A stretch of DNA of 64,000 bases from an uncultured Alphaproteobacteria bacterium (lineage in GTDB: Bacteria > Pseudomonadota > Alphaproteobacteria > Sphingomonadales > Sphingomonadaceae), in NCBI GenBank assembly GCA_963710205.1, contig CAVPZG010000004.1, positions 242,491-306,490 of the forward strand. Reading direction: 5' to 3'. The number at the start of each line of letters is the position of its first letter. Positions within the stretch are counted from its first letter, which is position 1. The notes beneath the pieces are model-generated. The model ran no database searches. It was not told the DNA's origin and saw nothing but the letters and a program-made list of their open reading frames with translations. A program made the translations under genes and the position numbers. Positions 6,911 to 15,623 of this stretch are shown here, piece after piece.

Positions 6911-9112
6911 ATGGCGACTGTCGTTTTGACGGCGGTGGGCTCCGCCGTGGGCGGGCCTGTGGGGTCCGCGATCGGGGCGACTGTGGGTTCGTTAATCGAC
7001 GCCAAGCTGTTCGCGCCCAAGGGGCGGGAAGGGCCGCGGCTCGCGGATCTGTCGGTACAGGGAAGCGACTATGGAACACCGCTGGCGCGGCACTATGGGG
7101 TCGTGCGCTCCGCTGGGACGGTGATCTGGTCATCGGGGCTGAAGGAGACGGCGCACCGGTCGGGCGGCGGCAAAAAGTCGGGCGGGCGGACGACGACCTA
7201 TAGCTATTCGGCGAGCTTTGCGGTGGCCTTCGCGGCGCGGCGGATCGAACGGGTCGGGCGCATCTGGGCGGATGGCAAGCTGCTGCGCGGCGCGGCGGGC
7301 GATCTGCAGGCGGGCGGTGCGATACGCATATATTCGGGGAGCGAGCGGCAACGGCCCGATCCGCTGCTGGTCGCGGAACTGGGCGTTGGCGCGGCACCGG
7401 CGCATCGTGGGCTGGCCTATGCGGTGTTCGAAGGACTGGAACTGGCGGACTTCGCCAACCGGATCCCCAATCTGAGCTTCGAGATCTTCGCCGACGCAGG
7501 CGGCACGGCGCCGGGCGCGGTACTGGCCGACCTGGCGCGCAGCGGCGGAGGGACGGCTAAGGTGTCCGGACTGGACCGCGCGATGACCGGCTTTTCGGCC
7601 TCGCGCAATTCCGTACTCGCCGCTTATGTCGCGGCACTGGACGTGCTGCAGCCAGTCGCGGCGCGGTCGGGGCCGGAGGGACTGATCTTCACGGCGCGCG
7701 GTATGGGCAATTCCGTCCTGATTTCGAAAGCGGACCTGCTGCCGCTGGAGGCCGGAACGGCGGACTTCGGCGAAACGGCGCGGGCAGGATATGAGGATCT
7801 ACCAGCGGCGCTGACGCTGGCGGCGAACGATCCGGCACGCGATCATCAGCCAAGCGTGCAGAGGGCGTTGCGGGCGCAGGCGGGCGCGGGCGGGGAGGCG
7901 CATGTGGATTTGCCCGCCAGCCTGACGGCGGTGGAGGCAAAGCGGATCGCCGAAGCCTATCTGGCGGAACTCTGGGCGCGGCGCGGGGAGGCGACACGCA
8001 GGCTGCGGCTGTCGTCGGCGATGCCCGTCCCGGGCAGCCTGCTGCGGTTGCCGGACGGTGACTGGCATGTGCGACGGACAGAGATTGAGGGGCTGGGGCT
8101 GACGGTTCAGCTGGAACGGCGGCGGGGCGGTGCCCGGGTCGCACCGGAAGCGGACGGCGGCGTTGCCGACCTGCCGCTGGATATTCCGCAGGGAGCGACG
8201 GTGCTGCGCGCGCTGGAACTGCCGGGGATTGGGGGCGAGACGGAGGATATGGCGCGGGTCTGGCTGGCGGCGGGCGGTGCAAGCGATGGCTGGCGACGCG
8301 CGGAACTGTGGACCAGCGCGGATGCGGGGGCGAGCTGGACGTCGGTAGGGATAGCCTCGACCGCGGCAAGAATGGGCGTCGTTCGCGAGGCGCTGCCGCC
8401 CGCGGACTGGTCGCGCTGGGATGAAACAAATCACCTGACGGTGGATCTGCTGGACAGTCAGACGCTGGAAAGCCGGGCGCGCGCAAGCGTGCAGGCAGGC
8501 GCGAACCTGGCGCTGGTCGGGAACGAACTGGTGCAGTTCGCGCGGGCGGAGCAACTGGATGCGCGGGTCTGGCGACTGACCGGCCTTTTACGGGGGCGGC
8601 GGGGGACAGAGGCCGCTGTGCCCGGACATGCGGTCGGTGAGCCCTTCCTGCTGCTGGAACCCGAAGCGCTGTTTCCGCTGGATGTGCCGCTGGCGCAGCT
8701 GGGTGCGTCTTTGCTGGTGAAAGCCGCGGGACCGGCGGATTCGGTTGCGGCGGCGGAAAGCGTGGAGATGGGCGTGACGGGCAAATCGCTGCGGCCGTTG
8801 TCGCCGGTGCATGGGCGCGCATGGTTCGAGGCTGACGGCACGCTGGTCGTGCGCTGGGTGCGGCGGAGCCGGCAGGGCTATGGCTGGACCGAGCGAACGG
8901 ACGTGCCGCTGCAGGAGGATGGCGAACGCTATGCGCTGCGGCTGGAAATGAACGGACGCCACATTGAGGCGGCGGTGGATTCCGCCGAGTGGCGGCTGGA
9001 CTTAACGGCGCAGACCGCTGCCTTTGGCGCGCCTGTTGCCGGCGCCGTTCTGACGGTGAGACAGATAAGTGCGCGGGTCGGTCCGGGCGATGCGATGACA
9101 TTGCAAATCTGA
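6911..9112 (+). CDS. GTA g15 megatron-like baseplate/host-specificity protein, short form (733 aa)
   Basis: A GGAGA RBS lies 6 nt upstream. The N-terminus is MATVVLTAVGSAVGGPVGSAIGATVGSLIDAKLF...NRIPNLSFEIF. The later segment ...DPARDHQPSVQRAL...LPASLTAVEAKRIAEAYL... resembles the g15 N-terminal and phage-tail_3 regions. Confidence 0.8.
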   Translation: MATVVLTAVGSAVGGPVGSAIGATVGSLIDAKLFAPKGREGPRLADLSVQGSDYGTPLARHYGVVRSAGTVIWSSGLKETAHRSGGGKKSGGRTTTYSYSASFAVAFAARRIERVGRIWADGKLLRGAAGDLQAGGAIRIYSGSERQRPDPLLVAELGVGAAPAHRGLAYAVFEGLELADFANRIPNLSFEIFADAGGTAPGAVLADLARSGGGTAKVSGLDRAMTGFSASRNSVLAAYVAALDVLQPVAARSGPEGLIFTARGMGNSVLISKADLLPLEAGTADFGETARAGYEDLPAALTLAANDPARDHQPSVQRALRAQAGAGGEAHVDLPASLTAVEAKRIAEAYLAELWARRGEATRRLRLSSAMPVPGSLLRLPDGDWHVRRTEIEGLGLTVQLERRRGGARVAPEADGGVADLPLDIPQGATVLRALELPGIGGETEDMARVWLAAGGASDGWRRAELWTSADAGASWTSVGIASTAARMGVVREALPPADWSRWDETNHLTVDLLDSQTLESRARASVQAGANLALVGNELVQFARAEQLDARVWRLTGLLRGRRGTEAAVPGHAVGEPFLLLEPEALFPLDVPLAQLGASLLVKAAGPADSVAAAESVEMGVTGKSLRPLSPVHGRAWFEADGTLVVRWVRRSRQGYGWTERTDVPLQEDGERYALRLEMNGRHIEAAVDSAEWRLDLTAQTAAFGAPVAGAVLTVRQISARVGPGDAMTLQI

Positions 9113-9126
9113 AGGGGGGATATTTC

Positions 9127-9621
9127 ATGGCGGAAATGACGACGCGGCTGGCGCTGCCGCTGATGCAGGCGGCGCAGGCGCAAAAGGAACTGACGCATAA
9201 TGCGGCACTGCATGATCTGGACGGATGGCTGCACCCCGTGATGGAAAGCCGGACCGTTGTGGTCCCGCCTGACATGCCGGAACCAGGCCCTGGCTGGATC
9301 GTACCGGCGGGAGCGGAGGGGGAGTGGTCGGGCCATGAGGGCAAGATCGCACGACATGACGGCCGGTGGAGATTCCAGGCGCCGCCAGTCGGCCTGCTCG
9401 CCTGGATCAGGGACGAGAATGCCCTCTTGTGTCATGGCGGGACGGGGTGGCAGGATGAGCTGCCGGTTGCGGGGCTTTCTATCGACGGCCGAAAGGTGCT
9501 GTCGGCGCCTCCGGAAGCGGTGGTGGAACCGGCCGGAGGCGCGACCGTGGACGTTGAAGCGCGCGCGACGCTCTCTCAACTGATCCTGAATTTGCGCACA
9601 CTGGGCCTGATTTCCACTTAG
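9127..9621 (+). CDS. DUF2793-family protein (GTA-associated, putative fibre or receptor-binding protein)
   Basis: Internal ATG at 9127 of ORF 8989-9621, preceded by GAAGGGGGG. MAEMTTRLALPLMQAAQAQKELTHNAALHDLDGWL...GPGWIVPAGAEGEWSGHEGKIARHDGRWRF is the DUF2793 signature. It is located right after g15. Confidence 0.65.
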   Translation: MAEMTTRLALPLMQAAQAQKELTHNAALHDLDGWLHPVMESRTVVVPPDMPEPGPGWIVPAGAEGEWSGHEGKIARHDGRWRFQAPPVGLLAWIRDENALLCHGGTGWQDELPVAGLSIDGRKVLSAPPEAVVEPAGGATVDVEARATLSQLILNLRTLGLIST

Positions 9622-9752
9622 CCCGCGAGAGGAGTGCGTCTTTTTTGCAACAATTCTCAATCTTTCTCTACTTGCGATGGAAAAAGTTGGCTTGTAGGGC
9701 GTTGGGCGCTTATTCTGATAAAGAATGCAGTAGTCCATGAAAGGGGAATATT

Positions 9753-10907
9753 ATGCGTAATCTGGTTCTTGCGGCGGCTCTCGCCGGCACGGCCATGGCG
9801 ACGCCAGCAATGGCGCGCGATGGTGCGTGGTATGTTGGTTTGGAGGGCGGTGCCCTTCTTGCCGAAAATAGCGATTTTGACGTTACCGGCTCTGCTGGCT
9901 CAGCAACCGATGGTATTCAAATCGATTATAAGCCCGGCTATGATGTCGACGGCATCGTCGGCTATGACTTCGGCGCTTTCCGCTCCGAGTTCGAGCTTGG
10001 CTACAAGGTTGCCAATCTTGACGAAATCACGCTCGCTCTGCCCGCCGGCGCCGGTTTGCGCGGCGGCGACGGCAATTCCGTTGCCCGTGGCGTCTATAAC
10101 TCGGGTGTCTTCAACGCAGCTGACGGTGCTACGCGCACACTGAGCTTCATGTTGAACGGCATGTTCGACTTTGGCGGCGAAGACAGCCCCTGGAGCGCGT
10201 CAATCGGTGGCGGTGTCGGTGTGGCCCGTGTCGAAGCTGACATCTATCAGCTGCAGGAGGGCGGTGCCGCCTTCGCTGATGACAGTGACACTGGTTTCGC
10301 ATGGCAGGTTCTTGCCGGCGTTCGCCGCGAGCTCACCGATAGCCTCGATCTTGGTCTGAAGTATCGTTATTTCACAGCACCTGGTGTTGGTCTTGTCGGT
10401 AACCAGGGTCAGAGCATTGACGGCGACTTCCGCAGCCACTCGCTGCTGGCAAGCCTGATCCTGAACTTTGGCGAGCCGGAAGCACCGCCTCCGCCGCCGC
10501 CTCCTCCGCCCCCGCCGCCGCCCGCGACGACACCTCCGCCGCCGCCGCCTCCGGCTGCAGTGGTCGAGCAGAACTTCATCGTGTTCTTCGACTGGGATGA
10601 GTCCGACATCACGCCGGAAGCTGCGGACACGCTGAACCAGGCTGCACAGGCCTATAAGGACGGCGCGAAGACGAGCGTTACGCTTGCCGGTCACGCTGAC
10701 AAGTCCGGTTCCGCTTCGTACAACGTTGGCCTGAGCCAGCGCCGTGCGGATGCTGTTCGTGACTACATGTCCGGTCAGGGCGTGCCTGCCGGTACGATTT
10801 CGACGGAAGCCTTCGGTGAAAGCCGTCCGCTCGTTGAAACCGCCGACGGTGTGCGCGAGCCGCAGAACCGCCGTGTGGAAATCATGCTCGGCGGTGCCAG
10901 CATGTAA
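9753..10907 (+). CDS. OmpA-family outer-membrane protein (beta-barrel, Pro-rich hinge, OmpA_C domain)
   Basis: Signal peptide MRNLVLAAALAGTAMATPAMA. The N-terminal part has alternating beta-strand character, followed by a long Pro run. The C-terminal part is FDWDESDITPEA...LAGHADKSGSASYNVGLSQRRADAVRDYM...NRRVEI. Confidence 0.85.
   Translation: MRNLVLAAALAGTAMATPAMARDGAWYVGLEGGALLAENSDFDVTGSAGSATDGIQIDYKPGYDVDGIVGYDFGAFRSEFELGYKVANLDEITLALPAGAGLRGGDGNSVARGVYNSGVFNAADGATRTLSFMLNGMFDFGGEDSPWSASIGGGVGVARVEADIYQLQEGGAAFADDSDTGFAWQVLAGVRRELTDSLDLGLKYRYFTAPGVGLVGNQGQSIDGDFRSHSLLASLILNFGEPEAPPPPPPPPPPPPPATTPPPPPPPAAVVEQNFIVFFDWDESDITPEAADTLNQAAQAYKDGAKTSVTLAGHADKSGSASYNVGLSQRRADAVRDYMSGQGVPAGTISTEAFGESRPLVETADGVREPQNRRVEIMLGGASM
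10485..10553 (+). repeat. CCG/CCT-rich low-complexity tract encoding the poly-proline hinge of the OmpA-family protein
   Basis: ccgcctccgccgccgcctcctccgcccccgccgccgccc...cctccgccgccgccgcctccg encodes PPPPPPPPPPPPPATTPPPPPPP. Confidence 0.9.
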
Positions 10908-10951
10908 TCCAGCCGGTCAGAACCCCGGTTCTGATCGACGGTTTGAGAATG

Positions 10952-10984
10952 AGGGGCTGCCCGAAAGGGTGGCCCCTTTTTCTA
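10952..10984 (+). terminator. rho-independent terminator downstream of the OmpA-family gene
   Basis: aGGGGCtgcccgaaagggtgGCCCCttttt. A smaller hairpin, TCAGAACcccgGTTCTGA, precedes it. Confidence 0.7.
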
Positions 10985-11381
10985 TTCTGACTACTGGAAT
11001 GGAATGGCTAGCCGGTCCTGGGGCCAGGCACTGGCGGGAACTGGATGCCGTGGCCAGCGGCGTGACGATCGACGCAAGATATTTTGACAGAAGTCCTGCC
11101 GCTCTGACGCCAGCGGCGCAGGAGCGGCCGATTTCCGTGCTCAGGGGTCGTTGGTGTTCGGGTAATGCCGGGAGACCGCCTGAACGTTCCGGACCCACCC
11201 TTTAGCTGCCTGTCAAACGGTCGGATGTGAAGGCCGATCATGCGGCGTGCCGGCGGTGCGCTTTGCAGATTGAATATGCCGGGGGGTTCTATTCAGGCGG
11301 CCAGAGCGGCGCGGACAGTCATTAGCCGCGGATCGAAACGCCAGCCTTGGTGCGAGATTTGGCGACCCGATTTTCGCAAAG

Positions 11382-11417
11382 AAAAGGCCGCCTGCATCCC
11401 GAAGGAGGCGGGCGGCC
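11382..11417 (-). terminator. rho-independent terminator downstream of the SCP2 gene
   Basis: The minus strand reads GGCCGCCCGCCTCCttcgGGATGCAGGCGGCC followed by TTTTC. It lies ~27 nt after the SCP2 stop. Confidence 0.6.
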
Positions 11418-11443
11418 CGTTCAGCCAGAGAACGATATGTCTT

Positions 11444-11743
11444 CTAGCCGAGAATCTTTCCAAGCTGCATGGCGACGGACATGTCGCCTTCGACTTTCAA
11501 CTTGCCCTGCATGAAAGCCATCTGCGGGTTGGTGTTGCCGGCAGCAATGCTTTCAAAATCATCCTTGGTGACTTTCACCGTGCAGTCCGTGGGTTCGTTC
11601 GCATTGTCGACAACCGCGGGGCTGACCGTATCGTCGATGCGGACAACGCCATCGTCGCCGAAGTCGAATTTCACGCTTTTGCCGAGGCCAGCGCCTGCGC
11701 CAACACGAGCGCGCATATTCTCGGTAATGTCGTCAACGGTCAT
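11444..11743 (-). CDS. SCP2 sterol-binding domain protein
   Basis: 99 aa: ...VKFDFGDDGVVRIDD...DCTVKVTKDDFESIAAGNTNPQMAFMQGKLKVEGDMSVAMQLGKIL is the classic SCP-2 motif. Confidence 0.8.
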   Translation of the reverse strand: MTVDDITENMRARVGAGAGLGKSVKFDFGDDGVVRIDDTVSPAVVDNANEPTDCTVKVTKDDFESIAAGNTNPQMAFMQGKLKVEGDMSVAMQLGKILG

Positions 11744-11774
11744 CTGCTCACTCTCCTGATCGGTTAATTACGGT

Positions 11775-12086
11775 CTAGTTGCTTTCTTCTTCGGCAGGCA
11801 TCTGCTGCGGCGGAGCCTCGTCGCCCACCGGTGACGGTTCATCGTCACCGAGCATGTCGATACCGGCATCCGCGGTTGCCGGGTCCATCATGGGCTCGAC
11901 GCCGCCAGCCGCCGTATCGACGGACATGACGTCGATCGTGGATGCGTCGAAGTCGCTCTCGACTTCAGCGCCGCCGCCCATGACCGTGCCCTCATCGGCC
12001 TCGTCACCGCCACTGTCGCAGGCGGAAAGGGCGAGGGTCGCCGTGGCGGCGATCAGGCAGTGGCGTGCAAAACGGTATACGGACAT
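11775..12086 (-). CDS. small acidic lipoprotein, hypothetical
   Basis: Internal ATG at 12086 (MSVYRFARHCLIAATATLALSAC) gives a lipobox L-S-A-C. The mature part is rich in Asp/Glu, Gly and Met. No family is recognised. Confidence 0.5.
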   Translation of the reverse strand: MSVYRFARHCLIAATATLALSACDSGGDEADEGTVMGGGAEVESDFDASTIDVMSVDTAAGGVEPMMDPATADAGIDMLGDDEPSPVGDEAPPQQMPAEEESN

Positions 12087-12241
12087 GTGCAATGAACTCC
12101 CGAAATCCAATTCAGAAACGACCTAGCCGCTAAGGCTGTGTCGCCGCAAGTGCGCGCACATGGTTAGCGGCCCATTAACGCTTTCATAACCGTGCCGGGC
12201 GGAAGGTGCATTTTGAACGGTTCCGCGAAGGGCCGGAAAGG

Positions 12242-13216
12242 ATGCGCAGGATCATGACACGCGACGACTGGCTGATGATGGCGGCTTATCTGCTGGGCGC
12301 TGCGGTGCTGAGCTGGCTGGGGCCCGACCTCTGGCGGCTTCCCGCTCCGCTTGCGATGACGGCAGCCTTCGCGGCCGCAGGCAGCTTTGCCGTGATCCAC
12401 GTCCTGCTGCGCGTCTGGCAGCAATCTGATCTCGCAACCATGAAGCGGCCCGAAAGCGCCGACACGAGGACCGCGAAAGTCGCCGCGCCAGATGCCTTGC
12501 CATGTCAGCCGCCAGACGGAACCGGTCCGTCGGTAGAGGTTCGCGAACCGGTCGTGGCTGCCGCACCCGATAATGACGACGTCCTGGACGTCATGCCCGT
12601 GCCGGAAACACCAGGCCAGCTGGTCATGCAACCGATCGTCAGTCTGCACGATGGCAGAACACGACATTTCGATGCCTGCCTTGGTGAAGCAGACGACATG
12701 GCGACCTATATTGCGGAGGTCGTGGCCCTTGCCGCAAAAATGGGCTGTGCCGGCGCAGGCGCGCGCTTTTTCTGCGAGCTGAACAGGACCTCATTCGAGG
12801 ATCCCGCATTTCGCGCTGAACTGGTTGCCGTCATGACGGCCACGCCCGAACTGGCTGGCCGTATTGTTTTTGAAATCGAGGCCGACATGATCCCCCAGAT
12901 GGGAGAACTGGCCGCCGATATCAGCCGACTGGCTGAAGCCGGATTCGAGATTTGCGTGAAACTGGAAGATCCGTCCCAGCTGTCGGAAAGTTATCCAGGA
13001 ACATTGCGCAAACTCGATTGGGCGGACTCATTGACCCTGACCGAAGGCGCGATCCTGGCGGCGAGGCGTTGCGGACTGAGCCTGATTCTGACCGGCGTCA
13101 ACGACGCCATCTCCGTCGAAGCGGCGCGGCGTCTGGGACTTTCACTGGCAAGCGGAACGGCACTGGGCAATGCCCGAACGGTGAGGCTGGATCTTTCAGT
13201 AAAGCAGGCCGCCTAA
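12242..13216 (+). CDS. membrane protein with a degenerate EAL-like C-terminal domain
   Basis: Two N-terminal hydrophobic helices. The domain begins [19 protein letters not shown], then [24 protein letters not shown] and LILTGVND. These align with the EAL landmarks (EALxR, N, EITE, DDFGTG, AEGVE), but most catalytic residues are replaced. Start alternatives are 12206, 12242 and 12254. Confidence 0.5.
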   Translation: MRRIMTRDDWLMMAAYLLGAAVLSWLGPDLWRLPAPLAMTAAFAAAGSFAVIHVLLRVWQQSDLATMKRPESADTRTAKVAAPDALPCQPPDGTGPSVEVREPVVAAAPDNDDVLDVMPVPETPGQLVMQPIVSLHDGRTRHFDACLGEADDMATYIAEVVALAAKMGCAGAGARFFCELNRTSFEDPAFRAELVAVMTATPELAGRIVFEIEADMIPQMGELAADISRLAEAGFEICVKLEDPSQLSESYPGTLRKLDWADSLTLTEGAILAARRCGLSLILTGVNDAISVEAARRLGLSLASGTALGNARTVRLDLSVKQAA

Positions 13217-13857
13217 AAGGGGCAGGTTGCCCTCAGCGCGTCGTCCATCTGCGCCAGCCCCGCTTCGATCCCGAGCGCGGCAAGGCTGGTTACGGGATAG
13301 TCCGGCAGGCCGCAGGGCACGATGCCGTCATAATGCGACAGGTCGGGCGCGACGTTGATGGCCAGACCGTGCAGCGTGATCCATTTCCGGACACGAACAC
13401 CGATGGCGGCAATCTTCGCTTCGCCTGCGGGCGTATCCACCCAGACCCCGACACGGCCCGGAATCGCGCGTCCGGCAATGCCGAAGCGGCCGATGGATGC
13501 GATGATCCAGATTTCGAGAGCGGTTACATAGGCACGCACGTCGCGGTCACGTTTCGTGAGGTCGACGGCAGGGTAAACGACACGCTGGCCGGGACCGTGA
13601 TAGGTATATTGTCCGCCGCGTCCGGTATCATAGACAGGAAAGCGGCCCGGGTCGGTCAGGTCGGCCGCGTTCGCACTGGTGCCGCCAGTGTAGAGCGGTG
13701 GATGCTCGACGAGAAGTATTCGTTCTGATGCCGTGCCGCCATGAATGGCGGCGGCGCGGGCCTCCATATCGGACAGCGATACATCATAAGGCGTGAGTCC
13801 CGGCCAGACCTGCCATTCCGTCATGCCTTTACCTGCCGCTAACCATGGCGCGCGCAT
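13213..13857 (-). CDS. lipB: octanoyltransferase (lipoyl(octanoyl) transferase)
   Basis: [15 protein letters not shown]...[21 protein letters not shown]...[37 protein letters not shown]. An alternative start is ATG 13824 (MTEWQVW...). Confidence 0.85.
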   Translation of the reverse strand: MRAPWLAAGKGMTEWQVWPGLTPYDVSLSDMEARAAAIHGGTASERILLVEHPPLYTGGTSANAADLTDPGRFPVYDTGRGGQYTYHGPGQRVVYPAVDLTKRDRDVRAYVTALEIWIIASIGRFGIAGRAIPGRVGVWVDTPAGEAKIAAIGVRVRKWITLHGLAINVAPDLSHYDGIVPCGLPDYPVTSLAALGIEAGLAQMDDALRATCPF

Positions 13858-13892
13858 AAGGATGCGCGAACAGCCAGGCGGGACATGCGCGC

Positions 13893-14132
13893 GTGATCGA
13901 GAATATCAAAGTCGACATATCGGTGGTCATCGGCGCAACTCATATGCCGATCAGGCAGCTTTTGAAAATGGGGCGCGGTGCCGTCGTCGATCTGGACGCG
14001 GGGCGAGAGAGTCCTGTCAGCATCTACGCCAATGACGAACTGATCGCGCGGGGGGAGATCGTACTCCTTGGCGAGAAGGTCGGTGTTTCCATCACGGAGC
14101 GGGTGCGTCGTCCGGGGGCGCTGGCGGCCTAG
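13893..14132 (+). CDS. stand-alone FliN/SpoA-domain protein (flagellar motor switch / T3SS C-ring-like)
   Basis: GTG start, 79 aa: [65 protein letters not shown] matches the FliN C-terminal (SpoA) domain pattern. There are no flagellar genes nearby. Confidence 0.6.
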   Translation: MIENIKVDISVVIGATHMPIRQLLKMGRGAVVDLDAGRESPVSIYANDELIARGEIVLLGEKVGVSITERVRRPGALAA

Positions 14133-15429
14133 ACATTCTTCGGAAGCCCTCCGACAGGGACAGCGCGTCGGTGAGCACGGTGAGAGGGGCATCGACCCGG
14201 TCGCCATCCCGTCTGTCCGCGCGCCAGTAATCGACATGATTGAGCCGACCACCCCAATGCGCGGTGCGAACAGCGATATCCTTCACGCCTGGACCGAAAA
14301 GACCAGCGAGCGGGCCGCCAACGGGATCGCCGCCGATCCAGCCATCGTGCGGGAAATAGATGTTCGTCCAGCGCGTCGCGGCGAACAGGGCGGCGTGATG
14401 CGGCATCGCCAGCGAGCGCTGCCTGCCCTCGCTGCCCTGATACCGCACCCAGTAGGACAGACGCCCTCCATCGAGAACGGGCGGCGATTTTGGCAATTCC
14501 CGTTGCAGGAGCCGGTCAGAGAATTCGGCACCGGACAGACCCGTCAGGAAGGGCAGGTGCGTAAGCGGACTTCCGAGAGTCACGAGATCGGTGACACGCC
14601 ATTTGAAGCCCAGTTTTCTGAGTTCCCTCCAGATCGCCTTCTGGTGGACGTGGATATCTTCCACCGATAGCGGATCGCCGTTTCTCAGCGCCTTTTCCAG
14701 CGCCTTCAGCGCAGGCTGTGTCACGCTGTCATCCCGCCCGTGCTCTTCGCGCACGCGGATCCAGTAGTGATAGAGAATGTCGAGTGCGATGACGCTGCCA
14801 AGGCTGTGGCCGACGACAATGACGCGGTGATAATCGTGGCTGTCATGCAGGTTCGCGAGAAGGTCGACGCCCGCCTTTCTGATCGCGTGGCGAACGGCGA
14901 CATTATGCGGTTTCGGATTGAGATAGCGTGCCGCATCGCCCACCCAGTCACGCAGGGCCGTCGTCGTGACCAGCTTGCCGACGACAACGCCTGCACCGAG
15001 GATCGTTCCGATCGTTCCCGCCGCTGATTTCTGGCCGAAGAACATCGCCGCCAAGACCAGGGCGAGAAGCACTGCCCATGAGGCCCACCACAGGTTTCGC
15101 AAATTGCCCGGAACGCTGGCGGGCAAGCGGAACAGGAGATTGTTGAGCCATTCCAGCGTGTGCCGAAGCCCATTGCCCTGCATCAGATGCGCCCAGTAGA
15201 ATTCGTAGAAGTCCATCGGCGGCCTGCGATTGCCAGGCGATGCATTCAGACGGCGGAGTTCGTAGGAACCCGAGGCATCGTCGGGTTTGCTCCAGAAATC
15301 CGTTTTTTCGCCTTCCGGAGAGATCCTGTCCAATATGGCGGAGGTGAAACCGCGCAGGCTGGCCATGGGCTTCTGATCGCCAATTCCGTGGATCAGCAGG
15401 ATGGCGATTTTTCGTTCTGTTGCTGCCAT
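14092..15429 (-). CDS. alpha/beta-hydrolase-like protein with an embedded transmembrane hairpin (GHSLGS nucleophile elbow)
   Basis: 445 aa. The N-terminus is KIAILLIHGIGDQ. Hydrophobic segments are WWASWAVLLALVLAAMFFG and GTILGAGVVVGKLVTT. These are followed by VIVVGHSLGSVIALD. The C-terminal tail is Pro-rich. No specific family is recognised. Confidence 0.55.
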   Translation of the reverse strand: MAATERKIAILLIHGIGDQKPMASLRGFTSAILDRISPEGEKTDFWSKPDDASGSYELRRLNASPGNRRPPMDFYEFYWAHLMQGNGLRHTLEWLNNLLFRLPASVPGNLRNLWWASWAVLLALVLAAMFFGQKSAAGTIGTILGAGVVVGKLVTTTALRDWVGDAARYLNPKPHNVAVRHAIRKAGVDLLANLHDSHDYHRVIVVGHSLGSVIALDILYHYWIRVREEHGRDDSVTQPALKALEKALRNGDPLSVEDIHVHQKAIWRELRKLGFKWRVTDLVTLGSPLTHLPFLTGLSGAEFSDRLLQRELPKSPPVLDGGRLSYWVRYQGSEGRQRSLAMPHHAALFAATRWTNIYFPHDGWIGGDPVGGPLAGLFGPGVKDIAVRTAHWGGRLNHVDYWRADRRDGDRVDAPLTVLTDALSLSEGFRRMSRPPAPPDDAPAP

Positions 15430-15623
15430 GACGATCTGCCTCCAGCCCGTGGAGGCGTGTGTATAAACCTATGGCTGTCGCAAAAGCGAATCACGCAATG
15501 GTCTGCCGATCTCTCCGACCGCCCGCAATCTCTCAGACATGGATTCCGCACATGCTGCATCCGGAACGATGCTGCGCGCGTAATTGGTTAACAGGAAGTT
15601 TATGAAAAGCTTCTATCTGTAAA

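Noticed and set aside
482-9344. Minus-strand ORFs across the GTA cluster (482-1090, 1053-1586, 1496-2959 at 487 aa, 2632-3450, 3466-4203, 4213-5061, 5078-5881, 5895-6659, 6744-7397, 7689-9344 at 551 aa).
   Set aside because: They are Arg/Pro/Ser-rich low-complexity translations antisense to well-supported GTA genes. Only the 1594-2034 portion (DoxX-like) has a real membrane-protein sequence, and it was kept.
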